Shown here: piece after piece, positions 34,056 through 43,863 of the stretch | Position numbering within the stretch: the stretch's first letter is position 1 | Layout of the letters: each line of letters begins with the position of its first letter | NCBI GenBank assembly: GCA_041691135.1 | Contig: JBEPVF010000004.1 | Coordinates: 29,833-93,832, forward strand | DNA length: 64,000 nucleotides | Reading direction: 5' to 3' | From: Candidatus Peribacteria bacterium | Lineage (GTDB): Bacteria > Patescibacteriota > Gracilibacteria > Peribacterales > Peribacteraceae | Notes under the pieces: generated by a model | Databases searched by the model: none | What the model was told of the DNA's origin: nothing | Seen by the model: the letters and a program-made list of their open reading frames with translations, nothing else | Translations under genes and position numbers: made by a program

Positions 34056-34553
34056 TTAAATCATAACTTCTTTCATCCGCCGGACAATTTCCAGAATCGG
34101 CGTGTTGGCTTTGACGAAGTAATCGACAGCACCGAGTGTTTTGGCTCGCAGTTTGTCTTCCTCCTGACCCAGATTGCTCAGCACGATCACCGGCGAACGG
34201 ATGCTCTGTTCCTGCAAACGTTCGAGCAACGTGAAGCCATCGAGCTCCGGCATAATCAGATCGAGAAGAATAACACTGTACTGTCCGGAGAGTGCTTCGC
34301 GGAGACCTTCGGCTCCCGTCAACGATACCTCCGTCTCGTAACCTTCGTGGTTGATTTTGAGTTCCAATGCATGTGCCAGCGGCCGCTCGTCTTCAATGAT
34401 CAGTACGCGCTTCTTTCCCGACACATCGGGTACAGCGGATACGGTCGGAGTGGGAGACGGTGAAGGCACCGGCGCGGGAGCGGGAGTCGGATTAGGTGTA
34501 GCTGCCGGAGCCGGAGAGGGTGTTACGGGAATCGAAGTATCATCCATAAGCAA
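34056..34553 (-). CDS. single-domain response regulator with Pro/Thr/Ala-rich N-terminal extension
   Basis: A 45-aa P-rich leader, then the receiver: KRVLIIEDE..., VILLDLIMPELDGF, VIVLSNLG and KTLGAVDYFVK. It is the first gene of the pilus operon. Confidence 0.85.
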   Translation of the reverse strand: MLMDDTSIPVTPSPAPAATPNPTPAPAPVPSPSPTPTVSAVPDVSGKKRVLIIEDERPLAHALELKINHEGYETEVSLTGAEGLREALSGQYSVILLDLIMPELDGFTLLERLQEQSIRSPVIVLSNLGQEEDKLRAKTLGAVDYFVKANTPILEIVRRMKEVMI

Positions 34554-34659
34554 CTATTGAGAATTCATCTTATTGTAGCAGAATAGACGGATTCGTGCAA
34601 GAATGTTCCGTCTTCCCGCATACCGGCCCCAGCCGGTATGACCCGCCTCCCATCAGCCT

Positions 34660-36174
34660 ATGCCAAAACGCGCCCTGTTATCCGTTTCGGACAAAAATGG
34701 ACTCATCGAACTGGCTCAGCGCCTGCAAGCAGCCGGCTTTGAGCTGATTGCCACCGGCGGGACCGAGAAAGCCCTCCGTGAGGCGAAAATTGCCGTCACG
34801 GGCGTGGAGACCATTACCGAATTCCCAGAATGTTTCTCCGGGCGCGTCAAGACAATGCATCCGAAGATCATGGGCGGCGTTCTGTTTCGCCGTAACGACC
34901 AGGTCCATGAACAAGAAGCACAGAAACTCGGTATTCAACCGATCGATCTGGTGATCGTGAACCTCTATCCTTTCGCCGCCACCATGCGCGACACGACGAA
35001 ATCGCGCGACGACGTGATCGAGCAGATCGATATTGGTGGTCCGACGCTCCTGCGCAGCGCGGCGAAAAATCACGCCAGCGTCACCGTCATTTGCGATCCC
35101 AACGATTACGCGCCGCTCTTGGAACAGATAGAAAACAATGGCGACACGACCATCGAATTTCGTCAGCAGTGCGCCGCAAAAGTCTTTCAGCATACCGCCG
35201 CGTACGACGCTCTTATCACACAGTATCTGACTGATGGGCGCACGACTGACATTCTGCTGACGGACGGGAAAAAATTGCGGTACGGCGAGAACCCGCATCA
35301 GACAGGAATGTATTACAAAACAGACACGGGAGGTTCATGGAAACAATTGCAGGGAAAAGAGCTCTCGTATCTCAACATTCTCGACGCTGACGGCGCGTGG
35401 ACCACCGTTCAGGATTTTTCGGAACCGACCGTCGTGATGGTGAAGCATGCGAACCCGTGCGGCATCGCATCGGATGCATCGATCGACAATGCATTCCAGC
35501 GCGCATACGACGCCGACCGACTGTCGGCCTTCGGCGTGATCATCGCGTTCAACCGCCCGTGCACCGCCGCGATTGCGAAGAATATTCTGGATCAGAAGAT
35601 GTTCGTCGAAGTGATCATCGCACCGGCCTATGATAAAGAGTGTCTGGAATTACTGTCACAGAAGCAGAATTTACGGCTTATTGAAGCCAAAAAACAGGAA
35701 AAGAAAGACAGGCCGCAGACACTGGTCTATCGTTCGGCGCTCGGCGGCATGCTGGTGCAAGATGAAGATCATCGCACTGTGACCGAAGCGGATCTGACAT
35801 GCGTGACCACGAAAAAACCGACACCGCAGCAGATACAAGACTTGCTCTTCGCATGGGCCTGCGTGAAGCACGCCAAGAGCAACGCCATCGTCTTCGTGAA
35901 AGACAAAACGACCGTCGGCATCGGTGCCGGTCAGACGAGCCGCGTGGATGCGACGTGGATCGCCGCCAGGCGCGCCGGCGAAAAGGCGCAGGGTGCGGTG
36001 ATGGCCAGCGACGCCTTCTTCCCGTTCTCGGACTCCGTGGAAGAAGCCGCCAAGCACGGCATTGTCGCCGTCATCCAGCCGGGCGGATCCGTGCGTGACG
36101 CCGAAGTGTTCGCCAAGGCCGAAGAATTGGGACTGGTGATGGTCACCACGAGCGTGCGGGCGTTTTGGCACTGA
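34660..36174 (+). CDS. purH: bifunctional AICAR transformylase / IMP cyclohydrolase PurH
   Basis: Full-length match: KRALLSVSDKNGLIELAQ (MGS-like), GRVKTMHPKI, IDIGGPTLLRSAAKNH, YGENPHQ and GGSVRD. Confidence 0.95.
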   Translation: MPKRALLSVSDKNGLIELAQRLQAAGFELIATGGTEKALREAKIAVTGVETITEFPECFSGRVKTMHPKIMGGVLFRRNDQVHEQEAQKLGIQPIDLVIVNLYPFAATMRDTTKSRDDVIEQIDIGGPTLLRSAAKNHASVTVICDPNDYAPLLEQIENNGDTTIEFRQQCAAKVFQHTAAYDALITQYLTDGRTTDILLTDGKKLRYGENPHQTGMYYKTDTGGSWKQLQGKELSYLNILDADGAWTTVQDFSEPTVVMVKHANPCGIASDASIDNAFQRAYDADRLSAFGVIIAFNRPCTAAIAKNILDQKMFVEVIIAPAYDKECLELLSQKQNLRLIEAKKQEKKDRPQTLVYRSALGGMLVQDEDHRTVTEADLTCVTTKKPTPQQIQDLLFAWACVKHAKSNAIVFVKDKTTVGIGAGQTSRVDATWIAARRAGEKAQGAVMASDAFFPFSDSVEEAAKHGIVAVIQPGGSVRDAEVFAKAEELGLVMVTTSVRAFWH

Positions 36175-36267
36175 ATAAGCCTCATTAGAACAGCACATAT
36201 AAAAATTTTCTCTTGTGGAAGCCAATTTATTCCATCATTCCCTCAATTTGATTGAATTTAGTTTTTA

Positions 36268-36528
36268 TTGTATAATAATATATACATTATGACAAACCGC
36301 CTTGAGTTCACCGCCAAAAAAACCAGTGAATTAAAGCAAGAAGCAATAGCAGGATTACCCAAGGCCGACTTCAAGAAACTATCTGCCGTTGAACAGCTCA
36401 AAGCTCTCTTGCGAGAAAAGGGCGTGATGAACGCAGAAGGAGAATTCGATACGAAAAGAATTATCGACGATTTTGAAGCCGGCAAAACAGCTGAGCTAGA
36501 TCAAGCAGAAGCAGCCAACCAGAAGTAG
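36268..36528 (+). CDS. hypothetical protein (79-86 aa)
   Basis: ORF in an AT-rich spacer. Charged, helical-looking. Alternative start at 36289 (MTNRLEF). Confidence 0.4.
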   Translation: MYNNIYIMTNRLEFTAKKTSELKQEAIAGLPKADFKKLSAVEQLKALLREKGVMNAEGEFDTKRIIDDFEAGKTAELDQAEAANQK

Positions 36529-36535
36529 TGATTTA

Positions 36536-37135
36536 TCAGGAAAGACTGCGCCGCCCCGCGATTGCTTCGCGCAAGGTGGTTTGATCGGCGAATTCGATGT
36601 CGGCGCCCATCGGCAATCCGTGCGCAAGACGCGTGATTTTTGGAACGTACTGCTGCAATTGATTTCGCAAATATGTCGCCGTCGCCTCGCCTTCGATATC
36701 CGGATTCGTCGCAATGATGATCTCGTCGGCACCGCCATCCTTTACGCGCTGCACCAGTTCACGCAATTTGAGCTGTTCTGGCCCCATACCGTCGATAGGT
36801 GAGAGAACACCGTGAAGCACGTGGTACACGCCTTTATAGCCCGACTTTTCGAATGCCAGTACATCGAGTGGATCTTCGACCACCAGAATCATCTTGTGGT
36901 CCCGACCGCCGTTGCGACAGATATCGCACATCTCTTCGGTCGTCACCATCTGGCAATTGCTGCAGTAGTGCAATTGTTCCTTGAGCGTCAGGAGCGCGCG
37001 GCCAAGCCCTTCGGGCGATGCTTTGGAACTGCGCAGTAGATGGAACGTTAAGCGTTCGGCCGATTTCGATCCGATGCCGGGAAGTTTGGAAAACTCTTCG
37101 ATCGTTTTCTGAATTTGAGGAGGCAGGAGTGACAT
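36536..37135 (-). CDS. recR: recombination protein RecR
   Basis: HhH (LPGIGSKSAERL), C4 zinc finger (CSNCQMVTTEEMCDIC) and a Toprim domain (ILVVEDPLDVLAFEKSG). Confidence 0.95.
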   Translation of the reverse strand: MSLLPPQIQKTIEEFSKLPGIGSKSAERLTFHLLRSSKASPEGLGRALLTLKEQLHYCSNCQMVTTEEMCDICRNGGRDHKMILVVEDPLDVLAFEKSGYKGVYHVLHGVLSPIDGMGPEQLKLRELVQRVKDGGADEIIIATNPDIEGEATATYLRNQLQQYVPKITRLAHGLPMGADIEFADQTTLREAIAGRRSLS

Positions 37136-37246
37136 GAAACGAATTGAAAATGAGGAATGGAGAATTGAAAATGCCTGACGATATTTCTGAACAGAGATAG
37201 ATCTTTACAATTCTCATTCATCAATCGTGAATTATCAATTCAAAGA

Positions 37247-37687
37247 TCAAACATCTTTGCCTTCGCGCAGCCGTCTGCCTGTTTCCCGTTCTTTGATTCT
37301 CTGCCGCTTGTCGATTGTCTTGCGCCCGCGTCCCACTGCCAGGATCAATTTGATGTACTTTCCGGCCTTCATCTCCAAGGGCACCACCGTCACTCCTTTT
37401 TCGGCCAACATCGACTGCATGCGATCCGCCTCCACTTTCTTGAGCAGGAGAACTCGATCGCGTCCCGGTTGATAATCCGGATCCTGCACAGCAAACGCGT
37501 ACTGCGCGATGCTGGCGTTCTTCAAGATCGGCTTGCCGCCGAGGAACGATAAATACGAACCGGCCAACTGCACGTTGCCGAGTCGTGCCGATTTCACTTC
37601 GGGACCCGTAAGGATGATCCCCGCTTCGATTGTATCCGTAATGGCATAATCGAAACGGGCACGCCGATTTTGGGCCACAGTCTTCAT
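37247..37687 (-). CDS. smpB: SsrA-binding protein SmpB
   Basis: VAQNRRARFDYAITDTIEAGIILTGPEVKS, RDRVLLLKK and a basic C-terminal tail. Confidence 0.95.
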   Translation of the reverse strand: MKTVAQNRRARFDYAITDTIEAGIILTGPEVKSARLGNVQLAGSYLSFLGGKPILKNASIAQYAFAVQDPDYQPGRDRVLLLKKVEADRMQSMLAEKGVTVVPLEMKAGKYIKLILAVGRGRKTIDKRQRIKERETGRRLREGKDV

Positions 37688-37954
37688 ACAGGCAGTATGC
37701 GCGGCTTAACGGATCCTGAAAATGGCTTCTGATAGAGCCCTCTGTGAACCCCAAACATGTACAAAATTGTTGACAAATTCAACAAATACACTAGGATATT
37801 CCTGTCCTTTGTCAATTCTATTGTTTTCTTGGGGTTCGCCCCAAGGCGAACACCCGTTTTCGGGCCTCATATAATCAAAGGATATTTGAGGGCTTCACCT
37901 CTTTAAGGACGAAGTCCTCTTCTCCATACTCTAAAACCTGGACTGCAGTGATAT

Positions 37955-38734
37955 TTAAAACGAGAGCAGTCCATACACATGTTCACCGGCTATCAAAGCG
38001 AGGTAGGCACCGATGACCAAAAAGGGACCGAACGGCAGCGCCTGCTGCAGTGTTTTTCGACGTGTCGTGAGCAAAAAAGTCGCCACTGCCGCACCGATGA
38101 CGTAGGCGAAGAACAACAACGCCAACGCCGGGCGCCAGTTGGCGAGCAGCAACCCGATACCGGCTCCCAATAGAATATCACCGCTGCCCACCCAGCGTCC
38201 GCGACTGATGAGCCATTGAACAGCAAAGAATCCGCCGCCGATAAAGAGTCCGCTGACATCAATCGTATGAGTGCTCAGCCACTGGAAGAGGAGCGCGAGA
38301 CCAATGATCGGCACACTGAGTGCATCTGGTATGAGCGACGTGCGTGCGTCGATGACTGCAATCAGAAAGAGCAGCCACAGAATCAGTGCCAGAAGCAACC
38401 CCGGCAAAATCGCGTACTGCACATGCCACAGCGCGAAGAGGAAGAGCAACGCACTCACGAATTCAACGAGCGGATACTGTAGTGCAATGGGCTTGTGACA
38501 ACCTGAGCAGCGACCACGCAGCGCAACGAAACTCAGAATGGGAATGAGCTCGAGTACATGCAGCAATTTGCCGCACTGCGGACAGTGCGAGCGACCGCCT
38601 ATCGATTGCTGTTCCGGCAGCCGGTAAATGAGCACATTGCCGAAACTGCCAAACACCGCTCCCAGGACACCGAAGAAACTCAGGAGCATACCCGGTGAAA
38701 AATGCGCCGCGCCCATGACGGCAGCATAGAGCAA
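37955..38734 (-). CDS. pilD: prepilin peptidase (A24 family) PilD
   Basis: Zinc motif CPQCGKLL...GRCSGCHKPI. Catalytic Asp contexts IDARTSLIPD and GSGDILLGAGIG. Polytopic membrane protein. Confidence 0.9.
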   Translation of the reverse strand: MLYAAVMGAAHFSPGMLLSFFGVLGAVFGSFGNVLIYRLPEQQSIGGRSHCPQCGKLLHVLELIPILSFVALRGRCSGCHKPIALQYPLVEFVSALLFLFALWHVQYAILPGLLLALILWLLFLIAVIDARTSLIPDALSVPIIGLALLFQWLSTHTIDVSGLFIGGGFFAVQWLISRGRWVGSGDILLGAGIGLLLANWRPALALLFFAYVIGAAVATFLLTTRRKTLQQALPFGPFLVIGAYLALIAGEHVYGLLSF

Positions 38735-38748
38735 ACGAAGAGTCAGAG

Positions 38749-39084
38749 CTATTGGCCGTCGACGTTCGTCGTATCAACATCAGATTGCTTGGCCATCATC
38801 GCCCGTGCCAATGATCCGATGTGATCCATCGTGCTCTGCTGCGTCGCCGCATGATCCATCGGCGCACTCGCATGGATGCCGACCGGTATGAGCTGCACCA
38901 AGCCGTAGATGGCGAGCGCAACGGCAGCCCCGCCTATGCCGCCCAATAATTGGCGCAGCCAGGGCGAGGAAGGGAGGCGAAACGGAAGGAGGGGAATGTG
39001 CATGTGGGTATCAAAGTAGTATAGCAAAATTTGAGGATAAGGGATAGACGAAGGGAGTGTCGGCAAATATGACCTGCGGGACAT
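38749..39084 (-). CDS. hypothetical membrane protein
   Basis: The ATG lies 3 nt after the stop of the upstream gene. One TM helix (LLGGIGGAAVALAIYGLVQLI). No homology recognised. Confidence 0.4.
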   Translation of the reverse strand: MSRRSYLPTLPSSIPYPQILLYYFDTHMHIPLLPFRLPSSPWLRQLLGGIGGAAVALAIYGLVQLIPVGIHASAPMDHAATQQSTMDHIGSLARAMMAKQSDVDTTNVDGQ

Positions 39085-39087
39085 TCC

Positions 39088-39471
39088 TCAGGCTTTGCGT
39101 CGCAGACTGCTCTTGTATTTTTCCGGTTCGAACGGTCCCAATCGCTCCACTGCTACGGGCAAATCCGCTTCTGTCACACCGGGCGGAAGTGCCTGATCGT
39201 AGCCCAGTAAAATGATGTCCGGCTGCACTGCACGAACCGGCACCAGGAAATCATCGGCATCACCCAGCAAAACATGCGCCTGCGGATACGCCGACTGTAC
39301 GCCGGCCATGCGCTGCTCTTCTCCCTGATCCGGCGGCCGCCCTTTGATGCGCTCGACATTGCGATCACGCGCCACCACCACATGGAGTTCGCCGCGCCGG
39401 GCCGCCTGCTCTAGTACAAACTGGTGTCCCAGATGCAGATGATCGAAGGTACCGAAGACGAGGACGCGCAT
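39088..39471 (-). CDS. cytidylyltransferase-family nucleotidyltransferase (RibL/CoaD-like)
   Basis: MRVLVFGTFDHLHLGHQFVL carries the G-x-F-D-x-x-H-x-G-H motif of the cytidylyltransferase-like superfamily. Substrate not assignable. Confidence 0.7.
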   Translation of the reverse strand: MRVLVFGTFDHLHLGHQFVLEQAARRGELHVVVARDRNVERIKGRPPDQGEEQRMAGVQSAYPQAHVLLGDADDFLVPVRAVQPDIILLGYDQALPPGVTEADLPVAVERLGPFEPEKYKSSLRRKA

Positions 39472-39599
39472 AGAGAAGTAAAGTACCAAAGGCGAGACTA
39501 AAAGCCAGATACGAAAACCAATGAATTACTCATCACTCACGATCAGGACCAGTCTATCGCCTTGATTTTGGCTTCTGATCTGTGAGCTTTGATTTTTTG

Positions 39600-41603
39600 C
39601 TACTGCGCTTTCAGATCAATGCTATACACATGCTTCTCGTCGAGCAGGAATAGATGTGTTTCATCCGAATCGACGTATAGATCCTGCAGCTTACCTACTG
39701 TCTCGCTCTCCAGAACATACTGGCGCAAATACTGCGCTTCACCGGTCTGGCCACCACCACTTACCACGACGACGCGGTGATTGGTGGGGTCAAGGAAGTA
39801 GAAATTGCCGTCGACCACCTTAAACATCTTCGTCGCTGTCTGCAGCAGGCCTTTGGGCATCTGGCGGATGACGAAATTCTGCGATTCACCGCGCAACAGC
39901 TTAAGAACGACACCGCCTTGTTTGAGCACGTACACGCTCGCATCAATAGACATGTCGAGCGCACCGGTCAGATCGCCGTTGACGTTGTAATTCACTGGCG
40001 TGCCATACCGGTTGGCCAGTCGTTCGTATTTGTAAATCTGTTTGGCATCGGGTGCGAGCAGATACAGGAAACGGCCATAGGTTTCGATATCCGTCCCGGT
40101 CAGCCAACCTTGGGGATCTTCGGTCTTCATTGTCGTCACCTGATTATCCGCCAGCTCCATCAAGCTGTTGCCAGTCGTCAAAAATACTTCGCTCTTGGAA
40201 CGGTCGAAATACGTGCCATCGACGATCAGGTCATCATTGCTGATGTGCCGTGGGTCATCCATCGATGACGATATGATGCGATAGCTGGCCTGTTTATCGA
40301 ACACGTACAGTTCGCTTCCCGAGATACCGATGATTCCCTGCGCCGCGATATCGGCATTCTTCGTCGCCAGATTCGCCACCAAATGCGGCTCGGTAATGCG
40401 TGTGATATTGCTGATCTGCTCGCGCTTGGCACGAACACGAGCCAGCAGATCAACTGCCTGACTGCGATAGAAGTGACTTTCGTTGTCGATCACCTGCTTG
40501 GCCTGCGATTCGGCGCGCTCCAGAATCGCATTGGCCGCATCGGGATCACCGGCCAGACGGCGCGTCTCGGCGGTCTGCAATTCGGCCGTAATCTGATCGA
40601 TGAGCGCAGCGAGCTCCTGACGAGTTTTGCTCCGCTGGCTCTCGGTCGACAGACGGATGATCATCCAGATGATCAAAAAGACGGCCAGCGCCCCGGCGAG
40701 AAGAAGAAGGTGGGCGCGCCGCTTGCGCTGTGGGTCGCGTAGGTCCGAAACGAACGTGGCAAATCCCCCGCGCAGCCGTGCCATGGTCCCACCCATCCCT
40801 CCGCCGGCACTGCGCACGCGAGCCGTGCTGCGGGACGCGACACGACTGAGGAGCGGCATCACCGTTTCTTTTGCGCGCTGCAGGTACGGCATCACCATTG
40901 CAAATTTGCTGCCCGATTGTTGGCGCGAACGACGATTGGGGAGTGCCGTCCGGCGAGCCGGACGCTGCGGCTCTTCTTGGTCGCTTGGACCGCTGCCACC
41001 TTCTACCTGGAGCGCACCCAGTGCCGCTACTTCTTTCTCCGCCTGCAGACGCAGTTTCAAATCATCAATGATTCCATCGCCCATACCGGCAAGCCGCGAC
41101 AGTTGCGCCGGCGTGACGGCACGCATCAGACGCTGCGTCGAAAAAATAACGACATCTCCCGGTTCGAGCTGCCCGCTGGAAATGTGAATGAAGTTTGGAA
41201 TGGGTTTCCCGCGGCTGAATTCGGTGATTTGGCTGGCCGCACCAGCGCGGAGCAGCCACCCTTCGCCGCGTCCGGCATGCGACACATGCAACATGCCGTT
41301 CTTTTCGATCAGCGCGATGATCGCATGCACGTCGTCGATGTTGTCGCCCACAAGCAGACCTTTGAAGAGGCCATTCATTTCTTTGAGCGTGCCATCCAGG
41401 CGCGTCCATGCCTCGCCTTCCGTATCCAGCAGCGCATGTTCAACGATTCCACGGCACTCGTGTTCCAACGCCTGCGCATCGCGCGCAGACGAGCGCACCT
41501 GCAGCAGCAGGCACACATGTTCGCCGTGGGACTGGAATGTACGCGAAACGAGAACTGTGCCATTTCCCGATGTCGTCGTCCCTGTTTGGAGCGCGAGGTC
41601 CAT
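39600..41603 (-). CDS. membrane protein: PP2C/SpoIIE-like N-terminal domain - TM - beta-propeller-like C-terminal domain
   Basis: The N-terminal ~200 aa have a PPM-like layout (HVSHAGRGEGWLLR, GDVVIFSTQRLMRAV). TM helix LLLLAGALAVFLIIWMIIRL. The C-terminal ~300 aa are repeat-rich. The functional call is tentative. Confidence 0.55.
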   Translation of the reverse strand: MDLALQTGTTTSGNGTVLVSRTFQSHGEHVCLLLQVRSSARDAQALEHECRGIVEHALLDTEGEAWTRLDGTLKEMNGLFKGLLVGDNIDDVHAIIALIEKNGMLHVSHAGRGEGWLLRAGAASQITEFSRGKPIPNFIHISSGQLEPGDVVIFSTQRLMRAVTPAQLSRLAGMGDGIIDDLKLRLQAEKEVAALGALQVEGGSGPSDQEEPQRPARRTALPNRRSRQQSGSKFAMVMPYLQRAKETVMPLLSRVASRSTARVRSAGGGMGGTMARLRGGFATFVSDLRDPQRKRRAHLLLLAGALAVFLIIWMIIRLSTESQRSKTRQELAALIDQITAELQTAETRRLAGDPDAANAILERAESQAKQVIDNESHFYRSQAVDLLARVRAKREQISNITRITEPHLVANLATKNADIAAQGIIGISGSELYVFDKQASYRIISSSMDDPRHISNDDLIVDGTYFDRSKSEVFLTTGNSLMELADNQVTTMKTEDPQGWLTGTDIETYGRFLYLLAPDAKQIYKYERLANRYGTPVNYNVNGDLTGALDMSIDASVYVLKQGGVVLKLLRGESQNFVIRQMPKGLLQTATKMFKVVDGNFYFLDPTNHRVVVVSGGGQTGEAQYLRQYVLESETVGKLQDLYVDSDETHLFLLDEKHVYSIDLKAQ

Positions 41604-41897
41604 CGGTTGAAGAGGCTACCGGGCCGCTCCCCGTGGGGCAAGGCGGTGTACCTGACGAACAATCGAAATCGTTGAAGAAACAATCATTGTCCTGAGTCGT
41701 CTACATGGCGCTTTCCGGGTCGCAACAGACAAAACTGGAGGGCGAAGCGGGAGAAACCCCTGATAAATTACAAATTAATCAATCAATAATTTGTTATATA
41801 TAAGCCATAAAAAAGGCATACCGACAAAGAGCCCTATTGCTATTGGTCTCCAAGAGGAGTACAGTGATGGCAGTTATATTTCTTTCAAACGACAAGA

Positions 41898-43769
41898 ATG
41901 TCAGATGGAACAACGTGGACGCCGCCTGCGGGTGGCCAACCACAACAGAAAAGGAATCCGAAATATTTTCGACGATTCCACCGCGGACGCCGACCAGGCC
42001 CCGCACAAAACAACCCCCCTGCGAAAGCAGTAGTCCCCAGCGGACCGATCGGTGCGGTAGACAAACCGCAACCACAGACAACTATTATTGATGCCAGCGG
42101 CAAAGCACGTGTACGCGTGTATGCGCTCGGCGGCTTCGAGCAAGTCGGCCGCAACTCCTTCGTGGTCGAAGTGGATGACGACATCTACATCATTGACCTC
42201 GGCTTGCAGTTTCCTGACGAAGACATGCTGGGCATCGATTACCTGATCCCCGATATCTCGGCCCTCAAAGGTCGCGAGAACAAGATCAAAGCCATCCTCT
42301 TCACGCACGGTCACCTCGACCACATCGGCGCCGCACAGCATTTGCTGCCAGCGCTGCACTATCCGCCGTGTTACGGCACACGCCTCACCATGGCTATGCT
42401 TAACAAGCGCCTGGAGGAAGATCATGTCGCGTCTCGCGTGCAGCTGAACACCGTCGATTTTCGTCAGAAGATCCGCCTCGGCAAGATCGAAGTGGAATTC
42501 CTGCGCGTCACACACTCGATTCCCGACTCAGCCGCCATCGCACTGCATACGCCGGCCGGTACGATCATTCACACCGGTGACTTCAAATTCGACCTCACGC
42601 CGATGAACGAAGATCCGGCGGACTTCCACCGCCTGGCCCAGTTGGGTGATGCCGGCGTCCTCGCCATCATTGCCGACTCGACCAACGCGACAAAGCCGGG
42701 CAACTCGAAGAGCGAGCGCGAAATTTCCCAGACGCTTCGCGGACTCATCCGCGATGCCAAAGGTCGCGTCATCATCTCGACTTTCTCGAGCCTGCTCAAC
42801 CGCATCGAACAAGTCGTAGAACATGCGCGCGAATTCGACCGCAAAGTGTTCGTCTCCGGACGCAGCATGGAAGCGAACATCGAAATCGCCCAGAACCTCG
42901 GCCACATCAAAGCGCCGCGCGGTCTCATCCGCAAAGCCGGCCCAGGCATGGAAAAATTGCCGGACCGCGAAGTGCTGATCCTTACCACCGGATCACAGGG
43001 CGAAGAGACAGCCGGACTCGCCCGCATGGGCCTCGGCTCTCATCGCAACGTAGTGGTAAAGAAGGGTGACACCGTCATCCTCAGCTCCAATCCCATCTTG
43101 GGAAACGAGCGCGCGGTGGCCAAAGTAATCAACAATCTGCATCTCAAAGGTGCGCACGTGAAGACCAACGCCGAACTGGCGCTGCACACCACCGGACACG
43201 GCTATCAGAACGATATTCTGCTGATGCACCGATTGGTGCGTGCCAAGCACGTGATTCCCGAACACGGTGAACCGCACATGAAAGCGGCGCACGGCGACCT
43301 GGCCCGTTCGATCGGCTACCAGGACAATCAGATTCATTTGCTGCTCAACGGCGAAATCCTCGAATTCGAAGCCGATGGATCGGCCCGCAAGAGCAAGCAG
43401 AAACACACGTGCAACGACGTGATCATCGACGGACGCGGTGCCGCCGGCGAAGGCCAGCGCATCCTCAACGACCGAAAAATCATGAGCTCGAGCGGCATGA
43501 TCATCGTGCTGTTCCGCGTGTACAGCGAGAGCAAGCGCCTGCTCGCCGACCCCGATGTCATCAGCCGCGGACTCATCTACGGCTCGGAATTCCAGACGAT
43601 CACCAAAGACGTCACCATGGCCGCCCGCAAAGCGTACGAAGAAACAGTGCAACGCGGAGAAACCGACCGCAAAGCGATCAAATCAGCCGTCATCGGTGCT
43701 TTGTACCGCTACTTCGACCGACAACTTGACCGTGAGCCGATGGTAGTGCCGATCATTGTGGAAGTCTGA
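41898..43769 (+). CDS. rnj: ribonuclease J with ~70-aa basic Pro/Gly/Gln-rich N-terminal extension
   Basis: RVYALGGFEQVGRNSFVVEV, FTHGHLDHIGA (metallo-beta-lactamase), a beta-CASP region and TGHGYQND. Confidence 0.9.
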   Translation: MSDGTTWTPPAGGQPQQKRNPKYFRRFHRGRRPGPAQNNPPAKAVVPSGPIGAVDKPQPQTTIIDASGKARVRVYALGGFEQVGRNSFVVEVDDDIYIIDLGLQFPDEDMLGIDYLIPDISALKGRENKIKAILFTHGHLDHIGAAQHLLPALHYPPCYGTRLTMAMLNKRLEEDHVASRVQLNTVDFRQKIRLGKIEVEFLRVTHSIPDSAAIALHTPAGTIIHTGDFKFDLTPMNEDPADFHRLAQLGDAGVLAIIADSTNATKPGNSKSEREISQTLRGLIRDAKGRVIISTFSSLLNRIEQVVEHAREFDRKVFVSGRSMEANIEIAQNLGHIKAPRGLIRKAGPGMEKLPDREVLILTTGSQGEETAGLARMGLGSHRNVVVKKGDTVILSSNPILGNERAVAKVINNLHLKGAHVKTNAELALHTTGHGYQNDILLMHRLVRAKHVIPEHGEPHMKAAHGDLARSIGYQDNQIHLLLNGEILEFEADGSARKSKQKHTCNDVIIDGRGAAGEGQRILNDRKIMSSSGMIIVLFRVYSESKRLLADPDVISRGLIYGSEFQTITKDVTMAARKAYEETVQRGETDRKAIKSAVIGALYRYFDRQLDREPMVVPIIVEV

Positions 43770-43793
43770 TCATCAGCTAAGAAACGAACGACC

Positions 43794-43826
43794 GGAGGCA
43801 GAAGTATCTTCTCCCTCCTGTTTTTT
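43794..43826 (+). terminator. intrinsic terminator after rnj
   Basis: GGAGGCAGAAG-tat-CTTCTCCCTCC (one mismatch) followed by TGTTTTTT. Confidence 0.6.
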
Positions 43827-43863
43827 ATTCTGCTTTCGACGAACAAGCGATCAGCGGTAAGCT

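Noticed and set aside
34554-34659. Possible ZTP (pfl) riboswitch in the purH leader
   Set aside because: purH is a classic ZTP-regulated gene, and the leader has two hairpins (GACGGA...TCCGTC; ATACCGGC-ccca-GCCGGTAT). I could not find the conserved GGGUCGUGAC / CCGCCUGGGC-type elements. The leader is also short.
37221-37754. 177-aa ORF overlapping smpB in another frame
   Set aside because: smpB in the neighbouring frame is unambiguous. The alternative frame translates to Arg/Gly-rich junk.
37688-37954. Possible tmRNA (ssrA) next to smpB
   Set aside because: The spacer is only 267 nt. It has no tRNA-like 3' end (no GGTTCGA...CCACCA-type T-arm/acceptor) and no GGGG-type 5' end. Only small hairpins are present (GTTCGCC-ttgg-GGCGAAC on the minus strand).
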